Source: Octopus bimaculoides
Taxonomy: Eukaryota
Reading direction: 5' to 3'
Assembly: GCF_001194135.2 (NCBI RefSeq)
Contig: NC_068984.1
Span: 86,550,721 to 86,591,682 of the forward strand
Length of the DNA: 40,962 bases
Shown here: positions 1 to 12,063 of the stretch, in pieces
Layout of the letters: every line of letters starts with the position of its first letter
How positions within the stretch are numbered: the first letter of the stretch is position 1
The notes under the pieces: model-generated
Seen by the model: only the letters and a program-made list of their open reading frames with translations
Databases searched by the model: none
Told to the model about the DNA's origin: nothing
Program-made: the position numbers and the translations under genes

Positions 1-483
1 TATATATAGGTTATGAGTGGTAGTGGTGTCAATTAAACCCAGAGGTTTCAGGTAATGCTGAGTAAGTGCTATGGATAGACCATAGTTAAGCTCCAGGTTC
101 GGTGATTTTGCGAATAAGGGGTCGAACGTATGTCATATATCAGCGTGTGAATATAAGGATTTATTTTTCGTAATGAGATAAAAAATAAAAAAAACCCTAT
201 GAGTAAAATCCAACCCTCTTTGAAATTGGTCATTCCAAATACAAAGTTTATATACAGTGTTATTGAATCAATGGTTCTGTTTAAACAGGTATTGAAATCT
301 TAATAATGGATTTACAAATGCAATGACCAATCTTAAAGACTATTGGATTTTACTCACAAGGTATTGGAATCTTATATGTATACCATTCTGTCTAAACAAT
401 GGATTTACAAATACAATATCTCTGCATTCACTCTCTATTTCCTCTCGTACCTAAATTAACTATTGCTTAACCGTCCTCTCACA

Positions 484-527
484 CCGTCTCCGATGAAGGA
501 ATATAATAAATATCCTGAAAACAGCTG
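484..527 (+). ncRNA. Truncated minimal type-I hammerhead ribozyme (Penelope-like element type)
   Basis: CCGATGA (490-496, U4C variant), stem II AGGA(A)TAT/ATATCCT, GAAA (517-520), C-AGCT-G-T palindromic stem III. H17 and 3' stem I are missing. Confidence 0.55.
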
Positions 528-820
528 TGGCTGTGTGGTAAGAGGCTAGCTTCCCAACCACATGGTTCCGAGTTCAGTCCCACTGTATGGCATCTTGAGC
601 AAGTGTCTTCTACTATAGACTCAGGCCGTTCATAACCTTGTGAGTGGATTTGGTAGACGGAAACTGAAAGAAGCCTGTATGTATGTGTTTATTGTCTGTG
701 TTTGTGTTTGCTCCTTTCACCATCGCTTGACAACCGATGTTGGTGTGTTTACGTCTCCATAACTTAGCAGTTCAGAAGAGAGCGATAGTATAAGCACCAG
801 GCTTACAAGTCCTGGGGTCT
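526..820 (+). mobile_element. tRNA-derived SINE family A (head + microsatellite + tail)
   Basis: gtggctgtgtggtaag...ggttccgagttcagtccc...gcaagtgtcttctactatag...ggatttggtagacggaaactgaaagaagcc; recurs many times in the window. Confidence 0.8.
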
Positions 821-1025
821 TATTGTAGTCAGTTGTAAGACAAATTTGGAATGAAATACAGGAATCGATGTATCTAGAAGATATTGAGATAATCTTCAAA
901 TATTGGAGCCATAAATACTTAGCGTTAACCTAAGACTACAAAACTTAGTTGCTTGTGTGAAGCAAATGTCGCACAGAAAGGGAGGAATTTATAGGCACTT
1001 TGCAACTCATGAATCTTAAGAAGAA

Positions 1026-1063
<38 letters not shown>

Positions 1064-1364
1064 TGGCAGGATCGTTAACACACTGGGCAAAATGCTTAGC
1101 GGCATTTCGTCCGTCTTTACGTTCTGAGTTCAAATGTCACCGAGGTTGACTTTGCCGTTCATCCTTTTGAGGTCGACAAAATAAGTACCAGTCGAGAACT
1201 GGAATCGATGTAATCGACTAGTCCATTCCCCCGAAATTTCAGGCCTTGTGCCTATAGCAAAAAGGATTTTTTTTTTCGCGAGCTAACAGGATCGTTAGCA
1301 CGCTGGATAAAATGCTTTGCAGCATTTTGAACTCAGAAGGTAAAGACGGACAAAATGCATAGCG
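1064..1364 (+). mobile_element. SINE family B, one copy plus a second partial copy running into the gap
   Basis: tggcaggatcgttaac...ttctgagttcaaat...gactttgcc...gtcgacaaaataagtaccagt; preceded by (ATT)n at ~1026-1062. Confidence 0.7.
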
Positions 1365-2169
1365 NNNNNNNNNNNNNNNNNNNNNNNNNNNNNNNNNNNN
1401 NNNNNNNNNNNNNNNNNNNNNNNNNNNNNNNNNNNNNNNNNNNNNNNNNNNNNNNNNNNNNNNNNNNNNNNNNNNNNNNNNNNNNNNNNNNNNNNNNNNN
1501 NNNNNNNNNNNNNNNNNNNNNNNNNNNNNNNNNNNNNNNNNNNNNNNNNNNNNNNNNNNNNNNNNNNNNNNNNNNNNNNNNNNNNNNNNNNNNNNNNNNN
1601 NNNNNNNNNNNNNNNNNNNNNNNNNNNNNNNNNNNNNNNNNNNNNNNNNNNNNNNNNNNNNNNNNNNNNNNNNNNNNNNNNNNNNNNNNNNNNNNNNNNN
1701 NNNNNNNNNNNNNNNNNNNNNNNNNNNNNNNNNNNNNNNNNNNNNNNNNNNNNNNNNNNNNNNNNNNNNNNNNNNNNNNNNNNNNNNNNNNNNNNNNNNN
1801 NNNNNNNNNNNNNNNNNNNNNNNNNNNNNNNNNNNNNNNNNNNNNNNNNNNNNNNNNNNNNNNNNNNNNNNNNNNNNNNNNNNNNNNNNNNNNNNNNNNN
1901 NNNNNNNNNNNNNNNNNNNNNNNNNNNNNNNNNNNNNNNNNNNNNNNNNNNNNNNNNNNNNNNNNNNNNNNNNNNNNNNNNNNNNNNNNNNNNNNNNNNN
2001 NNNNNNNNNNNNNNNNNNNNNNNNNNNNNNNNNNNNNNNNNNNNNNNNNNNNNNNNNNNNNNNNNNNNNNNNNNNNNNNNNNNNNNNNNNNNNNNNNNNN
2101 NNNNNNNNNNNNNNNNNNNNNNNNNNNNNNNNNNNNNNNNNNNNNNNNNNNNNNNNNNNNNNNNNNNNN
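1365..2169. other. Assembly gap
   Basis: N run (other gaps: 10351-10489, 36912-36921, 40118-40339). Confidence 1.
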
Positions 2170-2247
2170 TATATATATATATATATATATATCATTAGCT
2201 CTAAGGAAAAATTAATGTGAAAGAAACCTATTTTCTTTTCCCCTTAC

Positions 2248-2484
2248 CATTAAATATGTGTTCTATATCAATTCCTTTTATTACTGGTCCACCATAGTTG
2301 GGTTTTTTTTTCAGATACGTGAACATGTTCTGCTTTTCTTCTTTCCATACCCGCCTACCCCAAAGAAAACTATTTCTGTCAAATCTATTGAAAATAACGT
2401 ATCTAATAAAGACTGTCCAGAATCGAAAGGCAGTTAGTGGTTGTAAAAATCCACTCATTCCATTTCCCCTTGTAGTAATTGGCA
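2248..2484 (-). CDS. Candidate internal or first coding exon of a minus-strand gene, product unknown
   Basis: Acceptor cccttttctag|, donor atg|gtaagg. 237 nt, phase 1-1, open: ...MSGFLQPLTAFRFWTVFIRYVIFNRFDRNSFLWGRRVWKEEKQNMFTYLKKKPNYGGPVIKGIDIEHIFN. Confidence 0.3.
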
Positions 2485-2789
2485 CTAGAAAGGGTATCCA
2501 AGTGCAACGGGCACACAAAATTGTGTATGTTTGTGTGTGTGTGTGTGTGTACATATACACATACATATGTAAATACGACTAAATCATTTTTCATTGTTTA
2601 TGTATATATGTATGTATATATGAAAAGAGAGACAGCTAGAATGAAAATATGCGTTTCAATCTTTCTATAGTTGTGTGTATGTATATATAGTTATATATAT
2701 AAATATATATATACATAATAATATATCTATATATATATATGTATATATATGTGTGTGTGTAAACAGATTTCTGTTTATTGTTTCTGTAA

Positions 2790-3930
2790 AGTGTGTGAGA
2801 CCGGAAGCGAAAAATGATAACGTGACCTCTACTTGACACATACTTTATCAGCGTAGCAGTTTTCAGTATTTTCACTATTGGACTATTCAATTCAATTATA
2901 TTTCCTTAAAAACTAGTGAATTAAGGTAAGAAAATATAAAATAAAATATTAATTTACATGTAATTTATCTATATATTGCGAAGTATATTAACAGTAGTAA
3001 AACTAAACCTGTGTACGTGTTAGTAATGTACATTTCTGACTACCGGCGCCATCGTGCGTTTACACTAGCCGATGATACACTCATACGGGACTATAACAGA
3101 TGACACACAATTTAACAGTTCCAACAAATAATTATCCGCTGATGTGTAACTGTTGTGTGTTCAATTTCCTATAGTTCTACTACTATCACAGACCGTATAA
3201 TAATAACAATGTGCTTTTGTCGATGATAACAAAACAAAGCATGAAAGCGACGTCTCTCATTTTGTGTATGTTTCAGTCTGCTAAAAGTAAACTAATCTAT
3301 TGAAAGATAAATAATAACAACCTAGATGACTAAATCGTAAGTATCCTCTCGGTTCACCTCAAAATTAATCAATCTATTTACACAAACTGTGTGTTTTAAT
3401 TAGAAATCAGCAATAGATAGTGTTACTGCTATTTTATTTTATTTTTTAAACAATGCCTTTTTTTTTTTTTAATTTGAACTTTTATATTTCATAAGGTACA
3501 TCGTCATACAAAGGATTTATTTTGCATTTTGTTTGTCACTACTATTAAAGTTGTAAGCAAAGTCACACGCGTATTTATAATCAAAACTGATTTAACTGGA
3601 TGTGTGTTTTTCTTTCGGGATGTTACTTTTTATATTTTCCTTCCTTGTCTTCCTATATTTCCATTCCTGACAACACAATTCGATCCAAAAGTTTTATATG
3701 TATGTATGTATATATAAATACTTTTTATGAAATTTTGCTTTACTGCAGAAATGTTTTTAAAGAGAAACTTTTTCTGGGTTGAATTAATTATAGATTTAAT
3801 TTTATCATTTATTTTAATAGTCTGAGTAAGCATATACGTGTATAGATAGGTTAGATTGTTTGCTAATCTGATCAGTTTATACGTTGTTGGCTACGGACGT
3901 GTTCGACATAACAAATATGGCGGAGCTAAG
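2790..3930. promoter_or_regulatory. CpG-enriched, probably divergent promoter region
   Basis: Local CpG enrichment outside repeats. ETS-type CCGGAAG at 2801-2807; YY1-like ATGGCG on minus (CGCCAT 3047-3052) and on plus (AATATGGCGG 3914-3923), pointing outward. Confidence 0.4.
3326..3782 (+). CDS. Candidate 3-exon 33-aa hydrophobic micropeptide (3326-3336, 3496-3552, 3749-3782)
   Basis: Good splice sites (tttcag|, |gtaagt, ttcataag|, |gtaagc, tttactgcag|) with compatible phase-2 junctions give MTKSYIVIQRIYFAFCLSLLLKLNVFKEKLFLG*. Confidence 0.3.
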
Positions 3931-5689
3931 CTTGCAACTCACTGATGGGCTACATTCTTTTACTTCAATCTCAACCACTAATAAACATTCTCTAGAATAA
4001 CACCACAGAAAAAAAGTTTCTATCTTTTTTGTTTTAGAAAATTGAGGAATTTGTGCAAATTCTGAGATAATGAAATTGGTGCAATAATTTACTGCAGCGA
4101 AATATGAACCCCGTGCAGAAGCTATCTAAACTAAATTTAATCAACACTATTTCTTTTAAGATATTTTCATATAATTTTTTTTTCTTAGATAGAAAATAAG
4201 CATTCTTTATCAATTTTCTGTTGATTTTGCATAGTTTTAAAGCAATGTCCAACCAAAAGCTACTATAAATCTTACCAACGAATCTTGTATTCTGTGTGAA
4301 ACTATTATTATTTACCTTCTGCATTCTCGGAATAAATTCTCTTCTATTTCTTCTAGTATTTTCTTCTTTCACTCAACTTCTCATAACTTGATAGTTTTTG
4401 TTCTTTAATCTAATAATATTAATGTGAATTAAGTTCGGTTTTATAGTATTATATTTTATCTGTCCTCAAGAGAATTGTTGATAGACTGTCATTTAAAAAA
4501 AAAAATAACATTTGGCACGCCAGGGTCACTTCTGTTTCAGCAGGTCCCCTAATAAAAAGCGTTCCAGTTCTGAACATCTTTTTGTATATCAAAGACTACA
4601 TTATCTATTGTATCATTTCGTTCTAAGACAGTAGCGTATGCTCTAACAGAGGGACTTGGCTGCCATTTCTAGCAGATCGAAACAAGAGACTCCTCCTGTG
4701 TTCTAGTTGTCTCCAATATAGGTGTTGGATATCAAATAAGCAAATTTTTCGTACTGATAAATAATTTTACAGTTCTTATTCGTTTTAAAGTCTATTCTTT
4801 TAGATTGCAATACTTTATTAAATTTGGTTTGTTTTTTCTATTATTGTACAAAAATACGATACAGAATAAGTAGACTGCTCCCGAGTTACCGAATCAAAAC
4901 AAAAATGTCCATTAATATACAAGTTTGTAAAACAATAAACCATTAAAAAATCAAGAGGCCTGTAAACTTGATAGAAAAGGTATAACAAATAGTTTTGCTT
5001 AGTTTACAATATAGGATATAAATAAGAATGAATTATTCGAAGTGAGCAAGAGATGCAGGAAAAAGACAATATTTTAAACTTTTTGTTACGTGTAAATTTT
5101 CTGACCAACTGAATTTACCAACCACAACTAATTGGGCACTTTCTAATTTAACGGTAATATTTTTCTTCTATATATAATTCCCTTTGCATCTTGGATGCTT
5201 GCTTTATCATACGAATGTTGGTAATTTCTTGTTTGCCTTTTTACGTGAGCCTTCAGTCTGCCACTTATTTTGTTTCCCTAATTGCCAAACTTTTGCAGGA
5301 ATGGTCATTATACTCTGCTGTATTCAAATAGGTCGGTGTTAATTCTAAGTTAAGCATTGCCTTTATTTCTATTCAGCGCTTGTGTCCGTGTGTTACTATT
5401 GTGTACGTCTTTAGGCCTACAACTAAAGTGTGTGTGTGTGTGTGTGCATATATATCTATCAGTATATGTGCGTTTGTGTGGCTATCGACCAGACTATCGG
5501 ATGTTATATACTGCTGGTCACAATGCGCTACCAATTCTTCCTTGATTGCGCCCTTCTTTTCCAACTTGGCCCAAATCGTTTAGTTAAATCGTCTTCCCAT
5601 GTATAAATTTTTTTTTTATTTGATTGAATGCCACCCTTCCATTTCCAAGTATATGTGTGTGTATATATATATATATATATACCAATTCT

Positions 5690-6050
5690 GATATGATATA
5701 TCAGTTGTGCTTCCAGTATTTTTCATAGTAGTCCTCATTCAGCAACACTGCCGAAGTGGTACATAGTGGTACAATCTTTAGCATGTTTCCTCTGTTACAA
5801 GTACGTGAAACCCTCGGCTCCTTTCTGTCGTTATTAATGCTTGTATCTAGCTATTTGGCGTGCTCGTTTGAAGGACTTTCTTTGTATTCTAGGTTGTTTA
5901 TGTTTCTTCGGCGGAGTTTCGGAATTAATGTCCTTCCTTTTCCTGCATGGAGACGGAAAAGATTGGATGAATGAGTGGGCTTGGACGTCAAAAAAAAAAA
6001 ATTGAATTTTGGGAAAGCATTTACACAGTCGCATCTACCGTTATTATGAC
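5690..6050 (-). pseudogene. Possible degenerate GIY-YIG (Penelope-like) endonuclease relic
   Basis: Weak resemblance: GKGRTLIPKLRRRNINNLEYKESPSNEHAK*...LKIVPL...NEDYYEKYW vs the GRTL..R..EH...I...S...EH / KIFP / EDYFI pattern. Confidence 0.2.
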
Positions 6051-6578
6051 ACACAGGTATATATATACAGAGGGGAGCTACCTTCCTCGTCAGATATGGG
6101 ACACATATTCCAAAACTCCGCCTTTCTTATTACAAATATTAAGTTAATATTTTTTAACTGCAGGTCAGCCTTCATCGAACAAAACTATGATCAAGGTCGT
6201 TCCTGCCTTGACCATTTAATCTTTCTACATTATCTAGTAATACCTTCACTTTTTAAGACAGATTTGGAGAGAATTTGGTTGCTATTTCTAGCAAGTTGAG
6301 TAACCTTGTAAGATACACACCCCTCTTCGTTAGCTCGACAACTATATTGTTTCTCTCCGTAAAAAATTCTCTGCATCATACGAAGGAGAACAATTGATTC
6401 TGGATTATGAACTTTGCAGCCGGGCTAAGTTTTCGGACAAGTAACTGGAATAATGGAACAGTTTTGGAATTATTTGTATGCTATAAATGTATTGAAAAGT
6501 TCCTCGTAGCAGAAAGTCAGAACAAAAACCATTTGGAACCAGATATCAAATGAAACACACTCATTGGTGTATCAGTTA

Positions 6579-6912
6579 TACTATAGCCCCGGGCCGACTA
6601 AAGCCTTGTGAATGGATTTGGAAGATGGAAACTGAAAGAAGCCCAGTGTCGGTTTGTTGCTATTTCGTTAAAAGATACCAATAAAATAAGTACTGGGATT
6701 GATTTCTTCGACCAAAATGCCTTCAAGTCGAAGTGGGTGTGAATGGCAGAAAACGAAGATAAATTTTGATTTGGAAAAAAATGTCACAGGAAAAATTGTC
6801 ATATTTTTATGACATAAACGATACTTAAAGTAATTCAATAAATATATGAACTTTTATTAACTGCGGTGCTCCAGCATGGCCGCAGTCAAATGACTGAAAC
6901 AAGTAAAAGAGT
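6579..6912 (+). mobile_element. SINE family A fragments
   Basis: ctatagccccgggccgactaaagccttgtgaatggatttgg... and tail ccagcatggccgcagtcaaatgactgaaacaagtaaaaga. Confidence 0.65.
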
Positions 6913-7201
6913 CACTACATGCTACATGAGTTGTGTACAATAACATCACAATTTATATAATGCTTATTTATGCGTTTGTGAAAACAAAAAAAAATATTAA
7001 ATCACTCTCATGTTGAAGTTTCCTGTGACTTTTTTTATTTTTATTGGATTCTACTATACACAGGCTTGTCCCATCGATTTATTTTCATCATCGTAATACT
7101 TTTGTTTTTTAAATATGCAGTCGCAGCAAGTATGCACCAAACCATATATACGTGTATGTGCTTTGGTGTACACTTGCTTGTACACACATACATACATGCA
7201 A

Positions 7202-7362
7202 GTGTGGCTGTGCTGTAAGAAACTTGCTGCCCAACCACATGGTTCTGGGTTCATTCCTCAGGCAGATGTCTTCTACTATAGCCTGCGCTGACCAAAACCT
7301 TGTGAATGAATTTGGTATATGGAAACTAAAAGAATCCCATCGCTCATATTTAATATGTATTG

Positions 7363-7404
<42 letters not shown>

Positions 7405-7620
7405 GTATGTATATATGTGTGTGTGTTGTATTTGTCGCCCACCACCATTAACAGATGTTTCTTTTCGTCCTCATAATTTAGTTGTTTGGCAAATAAGACC
7501 AATAGAATGAGTACCTAAGTACCAGACTTTAAAAATAAGTCCTGGAGTCAATTTGTTCAACAACTAAACTCTTCATGGTGGTGCCCCAGCATGGCCACAG
7601 TTCAGTTATTGAAACAAGTA
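7202..7620 (+). mobile_element. SINE family A copy
   Basis: Head, internal (TA)n and tail ggtgccccagcatggccacag...gaaacaagta. Confidence 0.75.
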
Positions 7621-7636
7621 TATCTTTATATTGCCA

Positions 7637-7840
7637 GCCTCCTCTGGCCCCTGTGCCGGTGGCACATAAAAAGCACCCACTACACTCGCGGGGTGGTTGG
7701 TGTTAGGAAGGGTATCCAGCTGTAGAAACTCTGCTAGATCAGACTGGAGCCTGGTGCAACCTCCTGGCTTCCCAGACTCCAGTTAAACCGTCCAACCCAT
7801 GCTAGCATGGAAAACGGACGTTAAACGATGATGATGATGA

Positions 7841-7843
<3 letters not shown>
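7637..7843 (+). mobile_element. 5'-truncated copy of the RTE-type 3' tail
   Basis: ...ccgtccaacccatgctagcatggaaaacggacgttaaacgatgatgatgat matches the 36785 element end. Confidence 0.75.
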
Positions 7844-7885
<42 letters not shown>

Positions 7886-8658
7886 CATGGCTGTGCTGTA
7901 AGAAGCGTGCTTCCTTAGCACATGGTTTTGGGTTCATTCCTCAGACAGAGAGATAGCCATTCATTGTAATCACAAGTAACATAATGATGTTGGTATAGAA
8001 ATTATTAGGCTCCAAACATTATTTAAAATAAATTTAACGTCATCTGTTTATTAGAATCAAATCTCAACATTATTGTTATTGAAACTTTTGAGTAAACTGC
8101 TACACAACTACTGCAGTGCTTACAGTGTTAAAAAATTAAAATGCCATTAGCAATGGAGATGCGATAGGTGAATGTATAATACATACACATGTCCAAGTGG
8201 TTAAGAAGTACACCTTGCAGTTGTGAGATTTTGGGTCAAGTCGTAATGTGTGACATCTCAAGCAAGTGTATTTTGATGTAACCTTGGGCCAACTTGTGCC
8301 TTGCAAATGAAATTGGATAATCAAAACTTATTTGGGAACACTCCAGATTGACTGCAACCATAATTCAAAGCACACATATCTATGGAATATTCAGCCACTC
8401 TACTGCTAACTCAGTGAATGTTCTATGCCATTCATAGGCCAGTTCTTTCACTTGTCATTGACCCAAAAGGAGATCCTTTATATATATATGTAAAGTTTAC
8501 AATTACACTTATTTACTGTTGGTTATTGCTGTTCAGTCCCAACATCCAACTGTGACCCAATAGACTCTTTAATCAAAGGATTCCAACCATGATCATCTCT
8601 TCTATTATTTAGCCATAATGTATCTAGAACTATATTATCTGATACGTCTTTTGTGCAT

Positions 8659-8887
8659 TTAACTCTTTATCATTTAAACTGGCTGTAATCCAGCCCAAAT
8701 AGTCTGCCTCTTTTTTGTTCAAACTGGCCAGATTTGGCCTATTGCATCTACCCTACAATGTAATTCTAAAAATAACAATCATATCATTGAAATCCTGAAG
8801 CATTTTAGATAATGAGTAATTAGTTCAAACTAATGTGAGTAAATAAGCATTGCATTTGACAAAATAACCTGATTGCTAAAGGGTTAA
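8659..8887. mobile_element. piggyBac-type MITE, same family
   Basis: ttaa-ctctttatcattt ... gattgctaaaggg-ttaa. Confidence 0.6.
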
Positions 8888-10497
8888 GACAGAAGAAAAT
8901 TAGGTTACTATTTCTAGCAGGTCTAGATCAGACATGGGTAATCTTTTTACAAGAAGTAGGCTACATAAGGAATGAGGTTCATCATCAAGCAAGCCACACT
9001 ACTAAAAAATTTCTTGGGAATTTTTCATTGTGTACCCATTCAGTAAGCCCTACATGACTGGTGCAAATGCTCTCTCATTAGTTCTTTGTGTGCGTAAAAG
9101 CTGTTATTGCATTCTATATACTTGTCCCCGATCACACACACACACACCTGAGCCTTTTTTATAGTTAACCAGTTACAAATGAGGGCATCAATTGAATTTG
9201 GAGGTTTTAAATGATGAATGCAAATCAAAGGACTGGCATTTACAGTAGTGCTTTTTTTAAGAAAATAATTTAAAATTTGGTAAGGTTTAGTAAAATAGCT
9301 AATTTCTGCATAATTCAGCAGAAAAACCTTCTTATATAAAATCACATTGAGAAGTTTTAACTTAGATGTGAACACATTAAAATAAGTGATTCTGTATTAT
9401 AGAAATCAAGAGATCTCAGGTGGTTTTGTTATCAAAGGGTTCAATAGATACATGAAAATTAAATCACCATTGTCAAATCCACTCACAAGATCTTGGTTGA
9501 CCTGGGGCTATAGTAGAAGACATTTGCCCTAGGTTCCACAGAGTGGGACTTTGTGGTACCTGGGGCAACTGTCTAAAATTTACAATAGAGAAAGTTAGAT
9601 TTGACCTTAGAAAGATAGATAGTCATGAAGTGACCCAAGGTAAAAGAAAAAAATATGGAGGTTTGAAATTGCAGATGTGAAACCAATTATCATAATCTCA
9701 ATGAAATAAATTCTGAAGAATCAGTTCTATTGAGCAATAACATATGAACAGGAAGCAATAAGATATAAGGTAGAAATTTTGAAAACCCTCCCCTCAAATT
9801 GAATAAATGCATGTGTAAAGTATACCTGAAATGTTATATTTGTATTTCATTAAGAGAAACAGCCAAGGACTTGTCTATTAATGATTTTGTTGACATAAAT
9901 AGGAAAATAACTGTAGGTTAAATCATTAATGATATATATCAAGGACTTTTCTTGCAAGCTGCTTGGCAGTCTCACTGATGATGATAGTACGTAAAACACC
10001 CAGTACACTCGGTAAAGTGGTTGACATTAGGTGGGGCAACCAGCCATAGAAACCATGCCAGATGTGAGAACCCAACACAGTTCCCTGACCTTTCAGATCC
10101 TGTCAAATTGGAATGGAATATAGGCACAAAATGAGGATGATATCAGTGTATAATTATGTTGCTATCCAAATCATGATTAATACCTTGATTGTACTTATAT
10201 CTTCATTTGTTCATTAAAGCTTTGATTTAATTGAAGAATTCAATGGAAAACCAGTGACAATCAGAATTGAAGTAGACTCCACTTGAATTTTACAGTATGA
10301 AGTGATGATTATTGATCTTTTAATACAAATTGTTTTAGATACCTTACTATNNNNNNNNNNNNNNNNNNNNNNNNNNNNNNNNNNNNNNNNNNNNNNNNNN
10401 NNNNNNNNNNNNNNNNNNNNNNNNNNNNNNNNNNNNNNNNNNNNNNNNNNNNNNNNNNNNNNNNNNNNNNNNNNNNNNNNNNNNNNNNNTATTGGTT

Positions 10498-10860
10498 TGG
10501 CTGTGTGGTAAGTAGCTTGCTTACCAACCACATGGTTCCAGGTTCAGTCCCACTGCATGGCACCTTGGGCAAGTGTCTTCTACTATAGCCTCAGGCCGAC
10601 CAAAACCTTGTGAGTGGATTTGGTAGACGGAAACTGAAAGAAACCCATCATATATATGTATATATATGTGTGTGTGTCACCCCCCAACATCGCTTGACAA
10701 CCGATGCTGGTGTGTTTACGTCCCCGTAACTTAGCTGTTCGGCAAGAGACCGATAGAATAAGTACTAGGCTTACAAAGAATAAGTCCTGGAGTCGATTTG
10801 CTCAACTAAAGGCGATGCTCCAGCATGGCCGCAGTCAAATGACTGAAACAAGTAAAAGAG
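10498..10860 (+). mobile_element. SINE family A, best-preserved copy
   Basis: Complete head, central ccttgggcaagtgtcttc motif, microsatellite and tail. Confidence 0.85.
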
Positions 10861-10963
10861 TAGAGTGTATTGAGATAATTAAAACAGCTATCTTAGAATA
10901 CTAAGTATAGTTAAATACTGGTGAGTACAATTAGTGGAAAAATTGAGATAATTGTTCACAAGT

Positions 10964-11290
10964 ATGGCTGTGTTGTAAAGAAGTTCATTTCCGAACCTTA
11001 TGGTTCTGGATTCATTTCCTGTGTGTACCTTAGGCAAGTATTTTGTACTACAATGCTGGTTTAACCAATACCTTGCATGTGGAATTTGGTAGACAAAAAC
11101 TGCAGAATCTCATATGTGTATCTGTTTCTTGACTGTGTTTGTTTATGTTGGTTTAAAAAAAGCAGTGTATATTACCACTTTATGTCCCTTAATGATTTGA
11201 CAAGCAGAAATTAATAGAATAAGCACCAGACTGAGATATATAGAGGTGTTGAAGGCAATGTTCCAATGTGGCTATGACTGAAACCAGCAA
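10964..11290 (+). mobile_element. SINE family A, degenerate copy
   Basis: Diverged match to 10498-10860. Confidence 0.55.
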
Positions 11291-12063
11291 AAGATATTGT
11301 GAGGAATTGAAATTTGGATTGCTATTAAAAAAACTGAATCCTCATATTAACAAGACTTCAAAGCAGAATGTTTCACTTAACTTGTCAAATAAGTATATTT
11401 AGACACACTTCAATTATGGCAGCTGTATTATATTGAAATCTGAGTTTTCAGTAAATGATACACGTTATAATTTGCATTTGCAGTTGTTAGTTTCTGTTGT
11501 GAGTCTTTTCCTATAATGAAAACTTTCAAGCATGACAATTTCATTTTCACATCATGTACTACTATTGACTTTCTTTTGCTATTATTTTCTTTCACTTTCA
11601 ATCGGAACTGTTATTCTGTTCTGAGTCTTATTTAAGAGTTTTGATTTTTCCCTCTTTCCAATTGCTCTTTGACAAATGCATGGAGCACATATCAGTTGTG
11701 TTCTTACTTCTGAATATTATTCTGACTTTATATTCTTGACCATAATTCTAGAATAAAACACTTACTTTTAAAACTATTCAAGAATTTTGAGGGATTTAGT
11801 GAAGTAACTTTCGTTATTTAGCTGATGTTTGGTTTGTAACTTAACAAAAACCTCTTACATAAAACTAACTAAACTTTTGACTTCAATATGAACTTAAAAA
11901 TTACAAGCTTTCTTATAAGAACCAGAACTAGGTCAAAATTGAAGGGGTTAAGTCAATGAATTTAGATTTTGCTTGTGAGCATTCGATAATAACTATTAAT
12001 CTTTGAATACATTTTTGAGAGGTTAATTTTGTATTAATTAAATACTTTTCATAACACCTGCAG

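Noticed and set aside
1239-2215. Long ORFs (318 and 286 aa), and others at 10214-10572 and 40092-40386
   Set aside because: They are open only because they cross N-gaps.
3065-3145. C/D-box snoRNA-like motifs (GATGAT...CTGA) in a putative intron
   Set aside because: Box C is imperfect, there is no terminal stem, and I could not match an rRNA antisense element.
10815-10860. Hairpin + GAAAC in the SINE A tail as a hammerhead
   Set aside because: No CUGANGA upstream; more consistent with a LINE-type 3' stem-loop.
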